Below, piece after piece: positions 26,433 to 37,100 of a stretch of 64,000 nt of DNA. The stretch covers positions 72,500 to 136,499 of the forward strand of contig CAYNEM010000008.1 of NCBI GenBank assembly GCA_964396265.1, given 5' to 3'. The DNA comes from an uncultured Methanomassiliicoccales archaeon (GTDB lineage: Archaea; Thermoplasmatota; Thermoplasmata; RBG-16-68-12; EA-27). The stretch's first letter is position 1; the number at the start of each line of letters is the position of its first letter. A program made the position numbers and the translations under genes. The notes under the pieces were generated by a model. That model was given only the letters and a program-made list of their open reading frames with translations, searched no databases and had not been told where the DNA came from.

Positions 26433-27737
26433 GTGAGATTGTTCGGGTCCTCGGGTATTCGGGGGCTCGCGAACGTCGACGTCACGCCGGAATTCCTGAT
26501 GGACGTGGGCCGTGCGGTCGGCGCGCGCTACCGCGACGTCATCGTCGGCCGCGACCCCCGCGTCTCCGGGCGCATGCTCGCGTCCGCGTTCTCCGCAGGC
26601 GTCCTGTCCGTCGGCGGCTCCGTGTGCGACGCCGGCCTCACGTCCACGCCGACCCTCGCGCGCGGCGCGTCCGCGTACGCGTGCGGCGCGGTCATCACCG
26701 CCAGCCACAACCCGGGCGAGTACAACGGGATCAAGCTCTGGAATCCCGATGGCGCAGCGTTCACCGAGGACCAGCAGACGGAGATTGAGGACTCCCTCGC
26801 CGCCAAGGACTGGACGCCCGCCGGTTGGCAGGACACGGGAAAGTTCTCGGAACGGACCGACCTCGTCGAACGCCATCGGGAGGCGATCCTGCGCGCCGTG
26901 GGGTCCGCGTCCCTTCACGTCGTCGTGGACTGCGCGTGCGGGGCCACCGCCAACGTCACGCCGTACGTGCTGCGCGAGATGGGGTGCAAGGTCACCGCGC
27001 TGAACGCGCAGATGGACGGGCACTTCCCTGGCCGTCCGCCGGAGCCGACCGAGGAGAATCTTTCTGCGCTCACGCGGGCGGTGCAGGCCCTCCAGGCAGA
27101 TCTTGGGATCGCGCACGACGGCGACGGGGACCGGATGGTCGCGGTCGACGCGATGGGCGGCTTCGTCGGCGGCGATCGCCTCCTGGCGGTGTTCGCCAAA
27201 GAGCGCGCGAGGAAGGGGCTCGTCGTCCCCGTGGACGCGTCGGCGGCCTTCGAGGACATGCTCTCCGGCGTGCCCGTGTACCGGACGCGCGTCGGGGACG
27301 TGTACGTCGCGCAGGAGCTGAAGCGCCGCGGCGCGGACTTTGGCGGCGAACCATCGGGCACGTTCATCTTCCCCGACCAGACGATGTGTCCGGACGGTCC
27401 GTTCGCGGCCGCGTACCTCGTCTCGCTCATGGCGACGCGATCGCTCAAGGACCTCGTGGCGGCGGCGCCGATGTACCCGGTCGTGCGCGGCTCCCTGCCC
27501 TTCGAGGCAGACCGCAAGGCGTCCCTGGTGAAGGCGGTCGAAAGCGCGATCGCCGCCATGGGGAAGGAGACGACGACGCTCGACGGATGGCGCGTGCGGT
27601 TCGACGACGGCTGGGCGCTCGTCCGGTTCTCAGGGACGGAGCCGAAGATCCGCCTGACCGCCGAGGCGCGGCACGTCGCCCTTGCGAAAGCGATTTACGA
27701 CGAAGTCTTCTCGGTCCTCAAGGAGGCGATCGGTTGA
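26433..27737 (+). CDS. glmM: Phosphoglucosamine mutase / phosphohexomutase (archaeal GlmM-type)
   Basis: RLFGSSGIRG N-terminus and active-site ITASHNPGEYNGIKL. Start at GTG 26433 (MRLFG...); alt ATG 26382. Stop overlaps the start of the next gene. Confidence 0.8.
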   Translation: MRLFGSSGIRGLANVDVTPEFLMDVGRAVGARYRDVIVGRDPRVSGRMLASAFSAGVLSVGGSVCDAGLTSTPTLARGASAYACGAVITASHNPGEYNGIKLWNPDGAAFTEDQQTEIEDSLAAKDWTPAGWQDTGKFSERTDLVERHREAILRAVGSASLHVVVDCACGATANVTPYVLREMGCKVTALNAQMDGHFPGRPPEPTEENLSALTRAVQALQADLGIAHDGDGDRMVAVDAMGGFVGGDRLLAVFAKERARKGLVVPVDASAAFEDMLSGVPVYRTRVGDVYVAQELKRRGADFGGEPSGTFIFPDQTMCPDGPFAAAYLVSLMATRSLKDLVAAAPMYPVVRGSLPFEADRKASLVKAVESAIAAMGKETTTLDGWRVRFDDGWALVRFSGTEPKIRLTAEARHVALAKAIYDEVFSVLKEAIG

Positions 27738-28960
27738 AGGCGTGGATCCTGGCGGCGGGGGAGGGCACGCGGATGAGGCCCCTCACCGCGAACATCCCGA
27801 AGCCGCTCCTCCCCGTCGCGGGCAAGCCGTTCCTGCGGCACGTCATCGAGGCGCTGCGGGACGGAGGCGTCGCGGACCTCTCGATCCTCATCGGCTGGCA
27901 GGCGAGGCGCGTCCGGGAGACGTTCGCGCACGGCGAGTCCCTCGGCGTCCGCATCGACTACGAGGAGCAACCGGAGAGGCTGGGCACGGCGCACGCGATC
28001 GGGCTCGCGCGGACGCATGTCGACGGGCCGTTCCTCGCGCTCAATGGCGACATCGTCCTCACCGCCAAGACCGTCCGGGGGCTCCTCGAGATGCACAAGA
28101 AGACGGGTGGCCCGGTCATGGCCGTCGCGGAGTCGTCGGACCCGTCACAGTTCGGCGTCGTGGAGACCCGGGACGGCAAGGTCGTCGGCATCGAGGAGAA
28201 GCCGAAGCACCCGAAGTCGAGCCTCATCAACGCGGGGCTCTACGTGTTCGACCCGGACGTGTTCCGGCTCATCGAGAAGACGCCGAAATCGCCGCGCGGG
28301 GAGTACGAGATCACGGACACCCTGAGCCTGTTGTTCCGCGACCGCGACGTGCACGCGTACACGATGGAGGAGGAGTGGATCGACGTCGGCCGGCCGTGGG
28401 ACCTCCTGAAGGCGAACGAGATCCTGCTGCGCGGGCTCAAGGAGGACATCCGCGGCGAGGTCCACCGGGGCGTGACGGTCGAGGGCCCCATCGTCGTTGG
28501 CGAGGGCACCCACGTCCGGTCCGGCGCGGACCTCCGAGGCCCCATCGTCATCGGCGAGGAGTCCGAGATCGGGCCGAACTGTTTCATCCGGCCGAGCTCG
28601 AGCATCGGGAGCAAGTGCAAGGTCGGCGGCGCGTGCGAGGTGAAGAACAGCATCGTCATGGACGGCACGCACGTCCCCCACCTGAACTACGTCGGCGACT
28701 CGATCCTCGGGGAGCGTTGCAACCTGGGTGCCGGGACCAAGGTCGCGAACCTCCGCCTCGACGAACGGAACGTGGTCGTCACGATGAAGGGGAAGGAGGT
28801 CGACACAGGACTCCGGAAGCTCGGGTGCATCATGGGCGACGACGTGAAGACCGGCATCAACGCGTCGATCGACGTGGGGACGATCATCGGCGAGGGCTCG
28901 TTCATCGGCGTCGGGGCGATCGCACGCGGCACGATCGCGCCGATGAGCCGCATCCACTGA
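27734..28960 (+). CDS. glmU: Bifunctional sugar-1-phosphate nucleotidyltransferase / acetyltransferase (GlmU-like)
   Basis: N-terminal NTP-transferase (KAWILAAGEGTRMRPLTANIPKPLLPV) and C-terminal left-handed beta-helix hexapeptide repeats (…VGEGTHV…IGEESEIGPNCFI…). TTG 27734 overlaps the glmM TGA (gTTGA). Confidence 0.75.
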   Translation: MKAWILAAGEGTRMRPLTANIPKPLLPVAGKPFLRHVIEALRDGGVADLSILIGWQARRVRETFAHGESLGVRIDYEEQPERLGTAHAIGLARTHVDGPFLALNGDIVLTAKTVRGLLEMHKKTGGPVMAVAESSDPSQFGVVETRDGKVVGIEEKPKHPKSSLINAGLYVFDPDVFRLIEKTPKSPRGEYEITDTLSLLFRDRDVHAYTMEEEWIDVGRPWDLLKANEILLRGLKEDIRGEVHRGVTVEGPIVVGEGTHVRSGADLRGPIVIGEESEIGPNCFIRPSSSIGSKCKVGGACEVKNSIVMDGTHVPHLNYVGDSILGERCNLGAGTKVANLRLDERNVVVTMKGKEVDTGLRKLGCIMGDDVKTGINASIDVGTIIGEGSFIGVGAIARGTIAPMSRIH

Positions 28961-28970
28961 GGACGGGACG

Positions 28971-30104
28971 ATGCGCATCGGGCTCGTGGCCCCTTGGTTC
29001 CATCCGCACGTCGGCGGCGTCGAGACGCACGTCCGGAGTATGGCAGCGGAACTCGCGAGGCGCGGCCATGAGGTCACCGTCCTCACGAGCAACTACGCGA
29101 AGCTGCCCCCGGAGGAGACGTTTGACGGGTTCCATGTGCGGCGCGTCCGGTGCATGGGCGTCGTCCTTCGCACGCCCGTGACGCCGGCCCTCCGACGGGA
29201 GTTCCCCCCGGGTCGATTCGATATCGTCCACGCGCATTCGCCGCCGCCGCTCTCCGCGTACTACGCCGCCACGGGGTGCGAGCGGTCCCGCACACCGTTT
29301 GTCGTCACGTACCATTGCGATCTCGAGATCCCCACCGCCTACGGCCGAGCGCTCACCTCGTTCTACGCGCGGACCTGGGGCGCGGGCACGATGGCACGCG
29401 CGGCGAAGGTGATCTCCACGACGGAGACGTACGCCGCCACCTCCCGCGCGATCTGGCGGTACAGTCCCCTGGTGATTCCGAACGCGGTCGACCACATGCG
29501 CTTCCGGCCGGACGTCGACGGCGCGCCCGCGCGCGAACGCCTTCACCTGAGGAAAGAGGACCCTGTCGTCTTGTTCGTCGGCCGCGTCGTGCCGCACAAG
29601 GGGATCGAACATCTCGTGGAAGCGGCGAAGTACGTTCCCGAAGCCATGTTCGTCGTCGCCGGGGACGGGCCGTTCCTTCCGACCGTCCGCCGGTTGGCGG
29701 CGTCGTTCGGCGTCGAGGACCGGATCCTCTTCCCCGGGAAGATCGCGTACCGGGACTTGCCGGAGTACTATGCGGCATGCGACGCGTTCGTGCTTCCCTC
29801 CGTCTCCCGATTGGAGGCGTTTGGCATCGTCGCCCTCGAGGCGATGGCCACCGCCAAGCCCGTGGTCGTCACGGACATCCCCGGGGTGCGCGAGGTCGTG
29901 GCGGACGGGGTGGAGGGCCTCCTGGCCGACCCCGTGAACCCGCAGGATCTGGCGGGGAAGATCCTCCGCCTACTGGGAGACCAGGCCCTCCGGCGGCAGA
30001 TGGGCGCGCGCGGTCGCGAGAAGGTAGAGGCGAAGTTCGGGATCCAGCAGGTCGCAGACGCACTGGAGCGCGTGTATCGCGCAATCGAGAGCGAAACGTC
30101 GTGA
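28971..30104 (+). CDS. GT4-family glycosyltransferase
   Basis: N-terminal GT4 domain plus C-terminal Glycos_transf_1 (…LLFVGRVVPHKGIEHLVEA…AFVLPSVSRLEAFGIVALEAMATAKPVVVTDIPG…). Confidence 0.75.
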   Translation: MRIGLVAPWFHPHVGGVETHVRSMAAELARRGHEVTVLTSNYAKLPPEETFDGFHVRRVRCMGVVLRTPVTPALRREFPPGRFDIVHAHSPPPLSAYYAATGCERSRTPFVVTYHCDLEIPTAYGRALTSFYARTWGAGTMARAAKVISTTETYAATSRAIWRYSPLVIPNAVDHMRFRPDVDGAPARERLHLRKEDPVVLFVGRVVPHKGIEHLVEAAKYVPEAMFVVAGDGPFLPTVRRLAASFGVEDRILFPGKIAYRDLPEYYAACDAFVLPSVSRLEAFGIVALEAMATAKPVVVTDIPGVREVVADGVEGLLADPVNPQDLAGKILRLLGDQALRRQMGARGREKVEAKFGIQQVADALERVYRAIESETS

Positions 30105-30260
30105 TTACCACGATGCCTCTCTGGGGCCCTTGTAGTTGACAATTGGTAGGGCGCCTGTCCACTCTTCTGCCGTAATCGGGATGTCTGGTGCAATGTGATG
30201 CGACCGCGCTCAGTCGACCTCATGGAGGTTCCGCGACGCTCTCCGTTACGAAAGCTAGGA

Positions 30261-30599
30261 CTAATCGCCAGGAACTTTGCGTCTCTGACGGAAGATCTCG
30301 ATCAGTAGACCGGTTTTCCGAAGTGTCCGACGGTAGAAGAGAGTGCCGGTGGCCGCAGGCAACAAGAATGGGAGCGGTACGACCCATAGCTGGAAATCGC
30401 CGGAAAACCACCAGCCAGCATACGCGGCCGCGGTGAGTGCGGCGGAAGCGACCCAATACCCCTTAATGAGCGAGGCTACTGCTTCTGCAGAGTCTCGTGT
30501 CGGGGCCTGCTTCCAAAGCCATCGCATTCCTCCTAGGGTCAGGACGAGGACGAGCAGCGTGAGAACGGCGACAATCAAGATCGGTTCAAGCAGGGCCAT
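30261..30599 (-). CDS. Hypothetical membrane protein
   Basis: 3 TM helices; lower-GC region; co-directional and downstream of the giant gene 31181-38736. Confidence 0.4.
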   Translation of the reverse strand: MALLEPILIVAVLTLLVLVLTLGGMRWLWKQAPTRDSAEAVASLIKGYWVASAALTAAAYAGWWFSGDFQLWVVPLPFLLPAATGTLFYRRTLRKTGLLIEIFRQRRKVPGD

Positions 30600-30668
30600 A
30601 CGGTCACCCCAATATTGGGCGGAAGTCCGTAATATTACCGCTGACGCGAGGAAGAGGTGAGGAACACC

Positions 30669-31160
30669 TCACTTTTCTGGCGGGGGGCCCTTGGGAAGGG
30701 CACCGGGGGCGTACTCGACGGCATAGTGTGCGGGGTCGAGTGCCCGTGCGATCAGGAGTTTGAGACCTTCGGGCATCGCCGAAGTCCGGATCGTATTCCG
30801 TCCCTTCCGATGAATGCTCAGCATACTCTGTCGGTCAGTCCAAGTCCATTTGAGGCTCGTAGTGTGTACGGGCGGGACAAGCTCGACCTGGTCAACGGCC
30901 TCCGCGGGAACAACAACCTTGCGCAGGAATGCGTTCATCAACGTAACGCGGCCTGGTTCGATGTCAACGCTCGTGAACACGACGAACGAGAAGCCGATGT
31001 TCAGGAGGAGGAGGACCGCGAGTGCGAGGAGCAAACTGTAGAAAATACCCAGTTGCTGGATTACCCCTGTCGGGATAGACAGCACCATTCCAAGCGCTAG
31101 GCCGCCGACGGTTATCAGGGCCTGGATGTATAGGGCTTGCGGGTTCCCATAGCGGACCAA
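30669..31160 (-). CDS. Hypothetical membrane protein (2-TM hairpin + PH-like soluble domain)
   Basis: Two adjacent TM helices followed by a ~90-aa domain. Same strand and immediately downstream of the giant gene. Confidence 0.4.
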   Translation of the reverse strand: MVRYGNPQALYIQALITVGGLALGMVLSIPTGVIQQLGIFYSLLLALAVLLLLNIGFSFVVFTSVDIEPGRVTLMNAFLRKVVVPAEAVDQVELVPPVHTTSLKWTWTDRQSMLSIHRKGRNTIRTSAMPEGLKLLIARALDPAHYAVEYAPGALPKGPPPEK

Positions 31161-31180
31161 AGCCTCACCCCCGCCTGACC

Positions 31181-34100
31181 TTAAGTTCCGTACACATTCC
31201 TGTAGAAATACCCAGACGCTGAAAGGAACCCCATGAGTGAGGCGATTGCGAAGCCTGTCATAAGTATGCCGTATGCGATCTTGTGCCCTGGCGTGAGAGC
31301 CTTGAGCACGGCTCCGACCGCGGCTTTAGAAGAAAGGATCAGGCCTATATCCGCGAAAGCCATGGCGAGAAGACCTATGGCCACAGCCCCGTCCTGACCA
31401 TCGACCCCTTTGGCAATCGCTCCCACAAGGAAGGTCACGCCCCCAAAGAGCATGGCGATCAGTATTTCCCATTCCACTGCGGGTCCTACGGGGGGAAGGA
31501 GCTTCGTCAGCCAGCCCAAGCCAAGCGTAATGGCGCCGAAGATGAAGAGGGCGCTTCCGTACTTCGTTTGTATCCCTGATAGGAAAGTCCCGACATTCCA
31601 AGGATCGGACTTTGCCGGTTCCTGCGGGAAGAGAGCCATGAAAGCCCCGATGAGAATTACTATAACGAGGCCGGCGACTAACAACCCAAGAGGAGGGATG
31701 CCGTTTATCGCCCACCCTACTCCCACCATGATCAGAAGAATCGCGCTTACGAATATCGCTATCCACGGCATCGCCCGGGCGCTAGTGGCAAGCACCGACG
31801 CCCCGATGTCACGTCCTGTTTCCAAGGCCTGGAGCAGCGCCGCAAAAACCTCATACGTTGCCTTCTTCATTCCCTCGATGGCAGGATTGAAGACGTTGTC
31901 CACGAAAGCGCGCAGAGTCGTCATTACCATGTCGACTATGAACTTGATGACTGCGAGGAGCGCGGCGACGATAGCTTCTGCGATTGCCTTCACGGCCGAG
32001 TACACCGCCTCCACGAAGGCCTTCGCCACGCTCATCGCCCACTGGACAACGGCGGCTGCGACCTGCGAGATGAACACGGCAACCGCGCGGACCGCATTCC
32101 ATAGGAACTGAGCCGCCCCTGCAATTGTATTCCAGAAGGCCCCCCAGAACGAGTTGTCGTGCGGTGGCGGGGCAGTCGGCGGCGTGAAGTTGCCGGTGTT
32201 GAAAACGGCGACGTAGGGGGTCAGTTCCACAACTCGCTGCACGAACCCCATGGTGTAGAACTCGTCCGTGACGTCCATGGAGCGCCCGATCCTCCCAAGG
32301 CTCACGTTGATGAGGAGCAAGTCCAGGAGTTCCTTCGCCTTCACAGCGGTCACGTTGTGGGAGACGATCATCTGAACGACCTTCGCGTTCAGCGCTCGGC
32401 TGTTGGTGTCGTCGTTCCCGATCACGGTCGCGCCCACGAGGGCGGAGTTCTGCACGCCCGCCCACGTGTCGTTCAGGAGCTTGTGGAACTTCGTGTCGAA
32501 GTAGATTCCGCGGGGCACAATGATCGCGTTCATGCCGTTGTCGAAGTACGAGTTTTGGCCAGAGACGTTCAACAGCACGAACACGAACTTTTGCTCGCCT
32601 ACGTATCGGTGCAGACCAGTAGAGCCGTTGAAGATCGTGCTGTAGTCCATCGGGACGATCAGGAGTGTGTTTACCTTCCCGACTTTCATGAGTTGTGCGC
32701 TGTACCCCATCTTCGCGCGGATTGCCTGCGTGCCCTCGGTCTCGAGGTACCCGGTCGCCTGGTCCGCGACGTCGAAAAGGGCGGAGAACTGAGTGGTGCT
32801 CGTGCTCGGCGTGACGTCGATCACGTTTCCGATGTTGTCCCGGACGGTGAAGTTGTAGCTCCACGTGCGGTCCCAGTCCGGGACGTTCACGGAGATGTAG
32901 TGGTCCAGATAGATGTACGTCGTTGGACCGTCGTTCTTCGTGATGGTCCACGTCCCCTCGATCCCGCCGACGGCGTAGTACTTGATCCCCTGCGGCGGGT
33001 TCGGGTACGTGATCCACATCTGGGAGAGACGGAGCTGCAGTACGAGGTCATGGAGGGGGTCCCAATCCAGATAGTCGTTGACGCCGTCCCCATCCGTGTC
33101 GGGGTTCGTCGGATCCGTCCGCTTGGGTCCGACCTCCTCGCCATCAGGGACCTGATCGCCGTCCGTGTCCGGGTTCAAGGGATGGAGGACCCATCCCGTT
33201 GCGCCGTTCTGCTCGTCCCCGTCTTCGATTCCGTCCTCGTCGGTATCCGCCTCGGTCGGCGAAGTCAGCCATCCCGTCTTCGCGACGCTCACGGAGGTGA
33301 CGGAGAGGGATCCGACAGCTTCTTGGATCGACACGCGGAGCGAGTTGTGCCCCTTCACGAGACGGGCGGAGAACGAGGCCGCCTGCGTCCACTGGACGAA
33401 GCTGGCGTATTTCCACGAGGGCATTCCATTCACGTAAATCAGCGCCGTGGCGGCCTTCCCGGACGCGGGGTAGCCGGTCGTCCCCAGCGAGAACTCGTAC
33501 GTCCCGGATTCTCCGACCGTGAGGTTCAGGGTGTAGTTCGATGACGGGGTCACGGTACGCGTCACCGCGTCGGCGTACGCGAAGCTGTACAGCTCCTCGT
33601 GGTCCGTCAGGCCGTCGAAGTCCGTGTCGCGATTGAGCGGGTCCGTAGGGTAGAGGTTGAAAGTGACTGGGGATGTGAAGCTCGAGCTGCCGAACCTGTG
33701 CTCCTCCAGCTCGCACGTCTCGAACCAGTCGCCCCAACCGTCCGCGTCCGAGTCGTTCGACAGCAGGTCGGTCGTGTCGCGCGCGTACCTGATCGCCGTC
33801 ACGGTGATGGAGCCGCCGCCCGTGTACCAAAGGCCCAAGTAATGCGTGCGGCCGCACATCGAGCCGTTCACGTACGCGGTCCCAACCCACGGCCCGACCA
33901 ACTCGAGTTTCCGGACGGAGTCGACCTCGATGATCATCTTCCCGTCCAAGGAGGAGCTGTCGATCTCGAAAGTGTACCGCCCGGGGCCGGACACGTTGAA
34001 GGCCAGGACCTTCGAATACGTCAGGGAGAACGCCGTCTCGTCCACATACGCGTATCCGTAGGTCTCCTGGAAATCTGACAGCCTGTCGAGGTCCTGGTCG

Positions 34101-37100
34101 GGGTACGCCGACAGGGCGTCGAGGAGTACAGCGACCGTAAACTGGAATCGAGCGTTCACGTTCGCGTTCCCATACCAGTCTGCGAACCAAGCGCGGTTCG
34201 CGGTCACCTGGGCGGTTCTCCACGTGGAGTCCCCCTCGAGCGGGCCGATCGTTTGCCACCCGGAGCCGTCCCACTGCTGGATCGAACCCGCCTGCGAGGC
34301 CTGGTAGGTGACCGCCAGCGTGTAGTTGGCCGAGAGGATGGGCGAATTAATGTAGATGTCCGCGAAGGCAGCCCCGGACCGAACGGTCCGCCCGGACGCG
34401 AAGTCCGAAGTCGGAGCCCCCCACTCCTGGTTCAGCGGGTGCACGAGGATCGTGATGCCCGGGTCGTGGACGCCGAGGTCCCCGTCGTCCGACTGTCCGC
34501 TAAGGGGCGTTCCAACGTTGTCCTCGAACGCCGACCACGCGACTGCGATCGAGCTCACCTCATTGGCGGGGGCCGCAACGCGCAGCTTCACATTGACCCC
34601 AGGCAGTGCGCTCGCATCCGCGTACGCCTTCGTGTCCGTGGAGAGGGCGGCGCCGCTCGTGTAGTTGCCCAGCCTGCCGATCTTCGTCCACGCGATCCCA
34701 GTCCACTGCTCGACCCACACCGGGTTGCCCGTCCCGTTGAAGGTGAACGAGAGGAGGTAGGCCGTGTCCGGGTCAGGGACCGTTAGGAAGAACTCCGCAC
34801 CCGTCGTCGCGTTCTTGTACGGCATCCCTTCGTCCATCCACCCCGTGCCAAGGAGGACGCCGGGCACGTGGAAGCGGTCGTCGGTGTCGTCGCTCCCGCT
34901 CCCGACATACGTGCGGTATCCGAAGGCGACCGCAGAGATCCGGTCCACTTGCACGGTCGCGGAGAACCGCAGGGCGACGTTCATGCCGGGAATCGCGGAC
35001 CGGGCATCGGACAGCTGCGTGCTCGAGATCCGGAAGGAGTGCGCCCACCAGTTCCCTTTCCCAGGCATCGTGGAGAGGACGGCCCATCCTCCCCCGTTGT
35101 TCACGGAGACGTTCACGTCGGCGGAGGCGTAGTACTGGACCGTGATCAGGTAGTCCGTGTATCGCTGGGACGTGTAGTTGTAGAGGTTCAGGAGGAACGT
35201 AGCGTTCGTCGAGGCCTGCCGGTAGTCCGGGTTCCCATCCAGCTGGTCCCACGTCGCGGTCGAGGCGTACGGGGACAGGGTCGAGCTTCCCCACCCTGCG
35301 GCGAGGTCTAGGCTCATGCCGGGCAGGTGGGAGTATGCGTCCCCGTCGCCCGACTTGCCCACGTCGAGGAACAGTTGATCCACGTCTCCCCCGGTGAGGT
35401 TGAGCTCGAGGTCCCAAATGCCGTAGTAGGTTCCCGAGACGTAGGTCGCCCGCACCGCCCAGGAGCCTTCGACGCCCGCGAGGGCGGACACCGTTTCCAT
35501 GGCGGAACCAGGAAGCGCCGAGGATGCGACAAGTCCCCCCGAGGGGTCGTACAATCGAAGGTCGAAGTTGTACGTCGCCGGCGGCCAAAGGGATGCGCGG
35601 ACGAGCTGACCAGGCCGAACCCACACTTTCATGTAGTCGTCGAGGTCGACGCCCTGTTCGAGCTGTCCCTTCCAACGGCCCGGGGCGATCTGCAGCGCCC
35701 CTGCGAACGTCGGCGCCGCATCCACATCACGATCCGCATCGTTCGGGGCGTACTTCGTCGTGAGCGACCCGATTCCGGCGTTGATCCGGTCGTTCGGGTT
35801 GGTCAGGGATGCGGACGTGGCGGTGAATTGATAGGTCGTCAAGGGTAGCAAGCCGGTCGCGTTCAACGAATGGCCGGTCCCGCTCCCCGCCGTCCTCGTG
35901 TAGCAATCCAGAGGATATCCCGATCGGCAGACCCAGACCTCGGTCGTGCCTGAAATCGTCGTGTTCCAGTAGAACCATGCGTAGCGCGCCTGAGGAACGA
36001 CATTGAACGCGCCCGCGAGGCCGATGCCTTTCGTCGTGAACGTGCGGTTGCTCACCTTTGCCACATCGTTGGAATTCGAGAGCGAGGCCGACTCGATGCG
36101 GAAATGATAGGTCGTACCGCTCTGCAGGTTCGTGAGGGACACGGTGTGTGACGTGCCGTCCGCCCCGGTCGCGGTGTGTGTGTACTGCTCGGTCTCCGTG
36201 ATTCCGTACTTCACGACGGACGTCGCGGGCCGCGGGACGGACCACGACGAATCGCCGACGTACGTGTCCCAGGTGAGCGTGGCGGTAGTCTCCGTCACGG
36301 TCGCGACTTGCCAGTTCCGTATCGCGATGTGCGGTACCGACAGGGGGCCGCCTGTCGTGTTGACGGAGTCCGTTGAGTCCGTGAGCGAGACGGATTTCGC
36401 GCGGAAGTAGATCGTCGTCCCCGTGGGCGGGTTTGTAAGCGTGACGTAATGCGACGTCCCGTCGGCGCCCGTCGCCGTCTGACCGTACGACTCCGTCTGG
36501 CCCCAATCGAGGACGCTCGTCCCCGCGATGTTCGTGTTCCACGTGACTGTGAAGCCGAAATCCGTCACGGTGGAGAACCAGCCCACGGAAACGCCCAGGA
36601 TGGTGATACCCGTGTGGAACGTCCGCTCGCCGCTCTGCGCCTTCATCGTCGAATCATCGACGGCGACGGACTCCACGAAGAAATAGTACTTCGTCTTCGG
36701 CGTCAGCCCCGTGAGGGGGATGCTGTGAGTGCTCCCGGTCGGCCCGGTCGCCGTCTGTCCGTAGTTGTTGGTCGTGCCGTAGTACACCTTGCCGGTCGCC
36801 ACGAGGTTCGAGTCCCACTTGATCGTCGCGGACGTGTAAGTTACGCCCTCGACGCGCAAGTCGCGGATCTGGACCGTGGTCGCAAAGGTCGCGTTCTCGG
36901 ACCACGCGGTCCGTCCGCTCCGGAGGACGCCGCCAATCTTGTAGAAGTATTCGGATCCGGTGACGAGGCTCGTCAGGACGACGGAGTATGGGGTCGTGTT
37001 GTCCCATTTTCGGAGGGGCGGTTGTTCCCAGAGCCAGTAGTCGACCCAGCTCGACAGGACCGGCGTGAACCCCGCGATGGTCTCGAAGCGCCACGTGACC

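Noticed and set aside
26423-27116. ORFs 26423-26788 (+), 26512-27003 (+) and 26421-27116 (-) overlapping glmM
   Set aside because: Out-of-frame or antisense to a gene with an unambiguous phosphohexomutase active site; translations are Arg/Pro-rich.
30105-30260. Lower-GC 156-bp spacer after the GT4 gene, considered as a possible ncRNA
   Set aside because: No tRNA-like or recognisable riboswitch/RNase P/SRP motifs. More simply the convergent terminator region between the GT4 gene (+) and the membrane gene (-).
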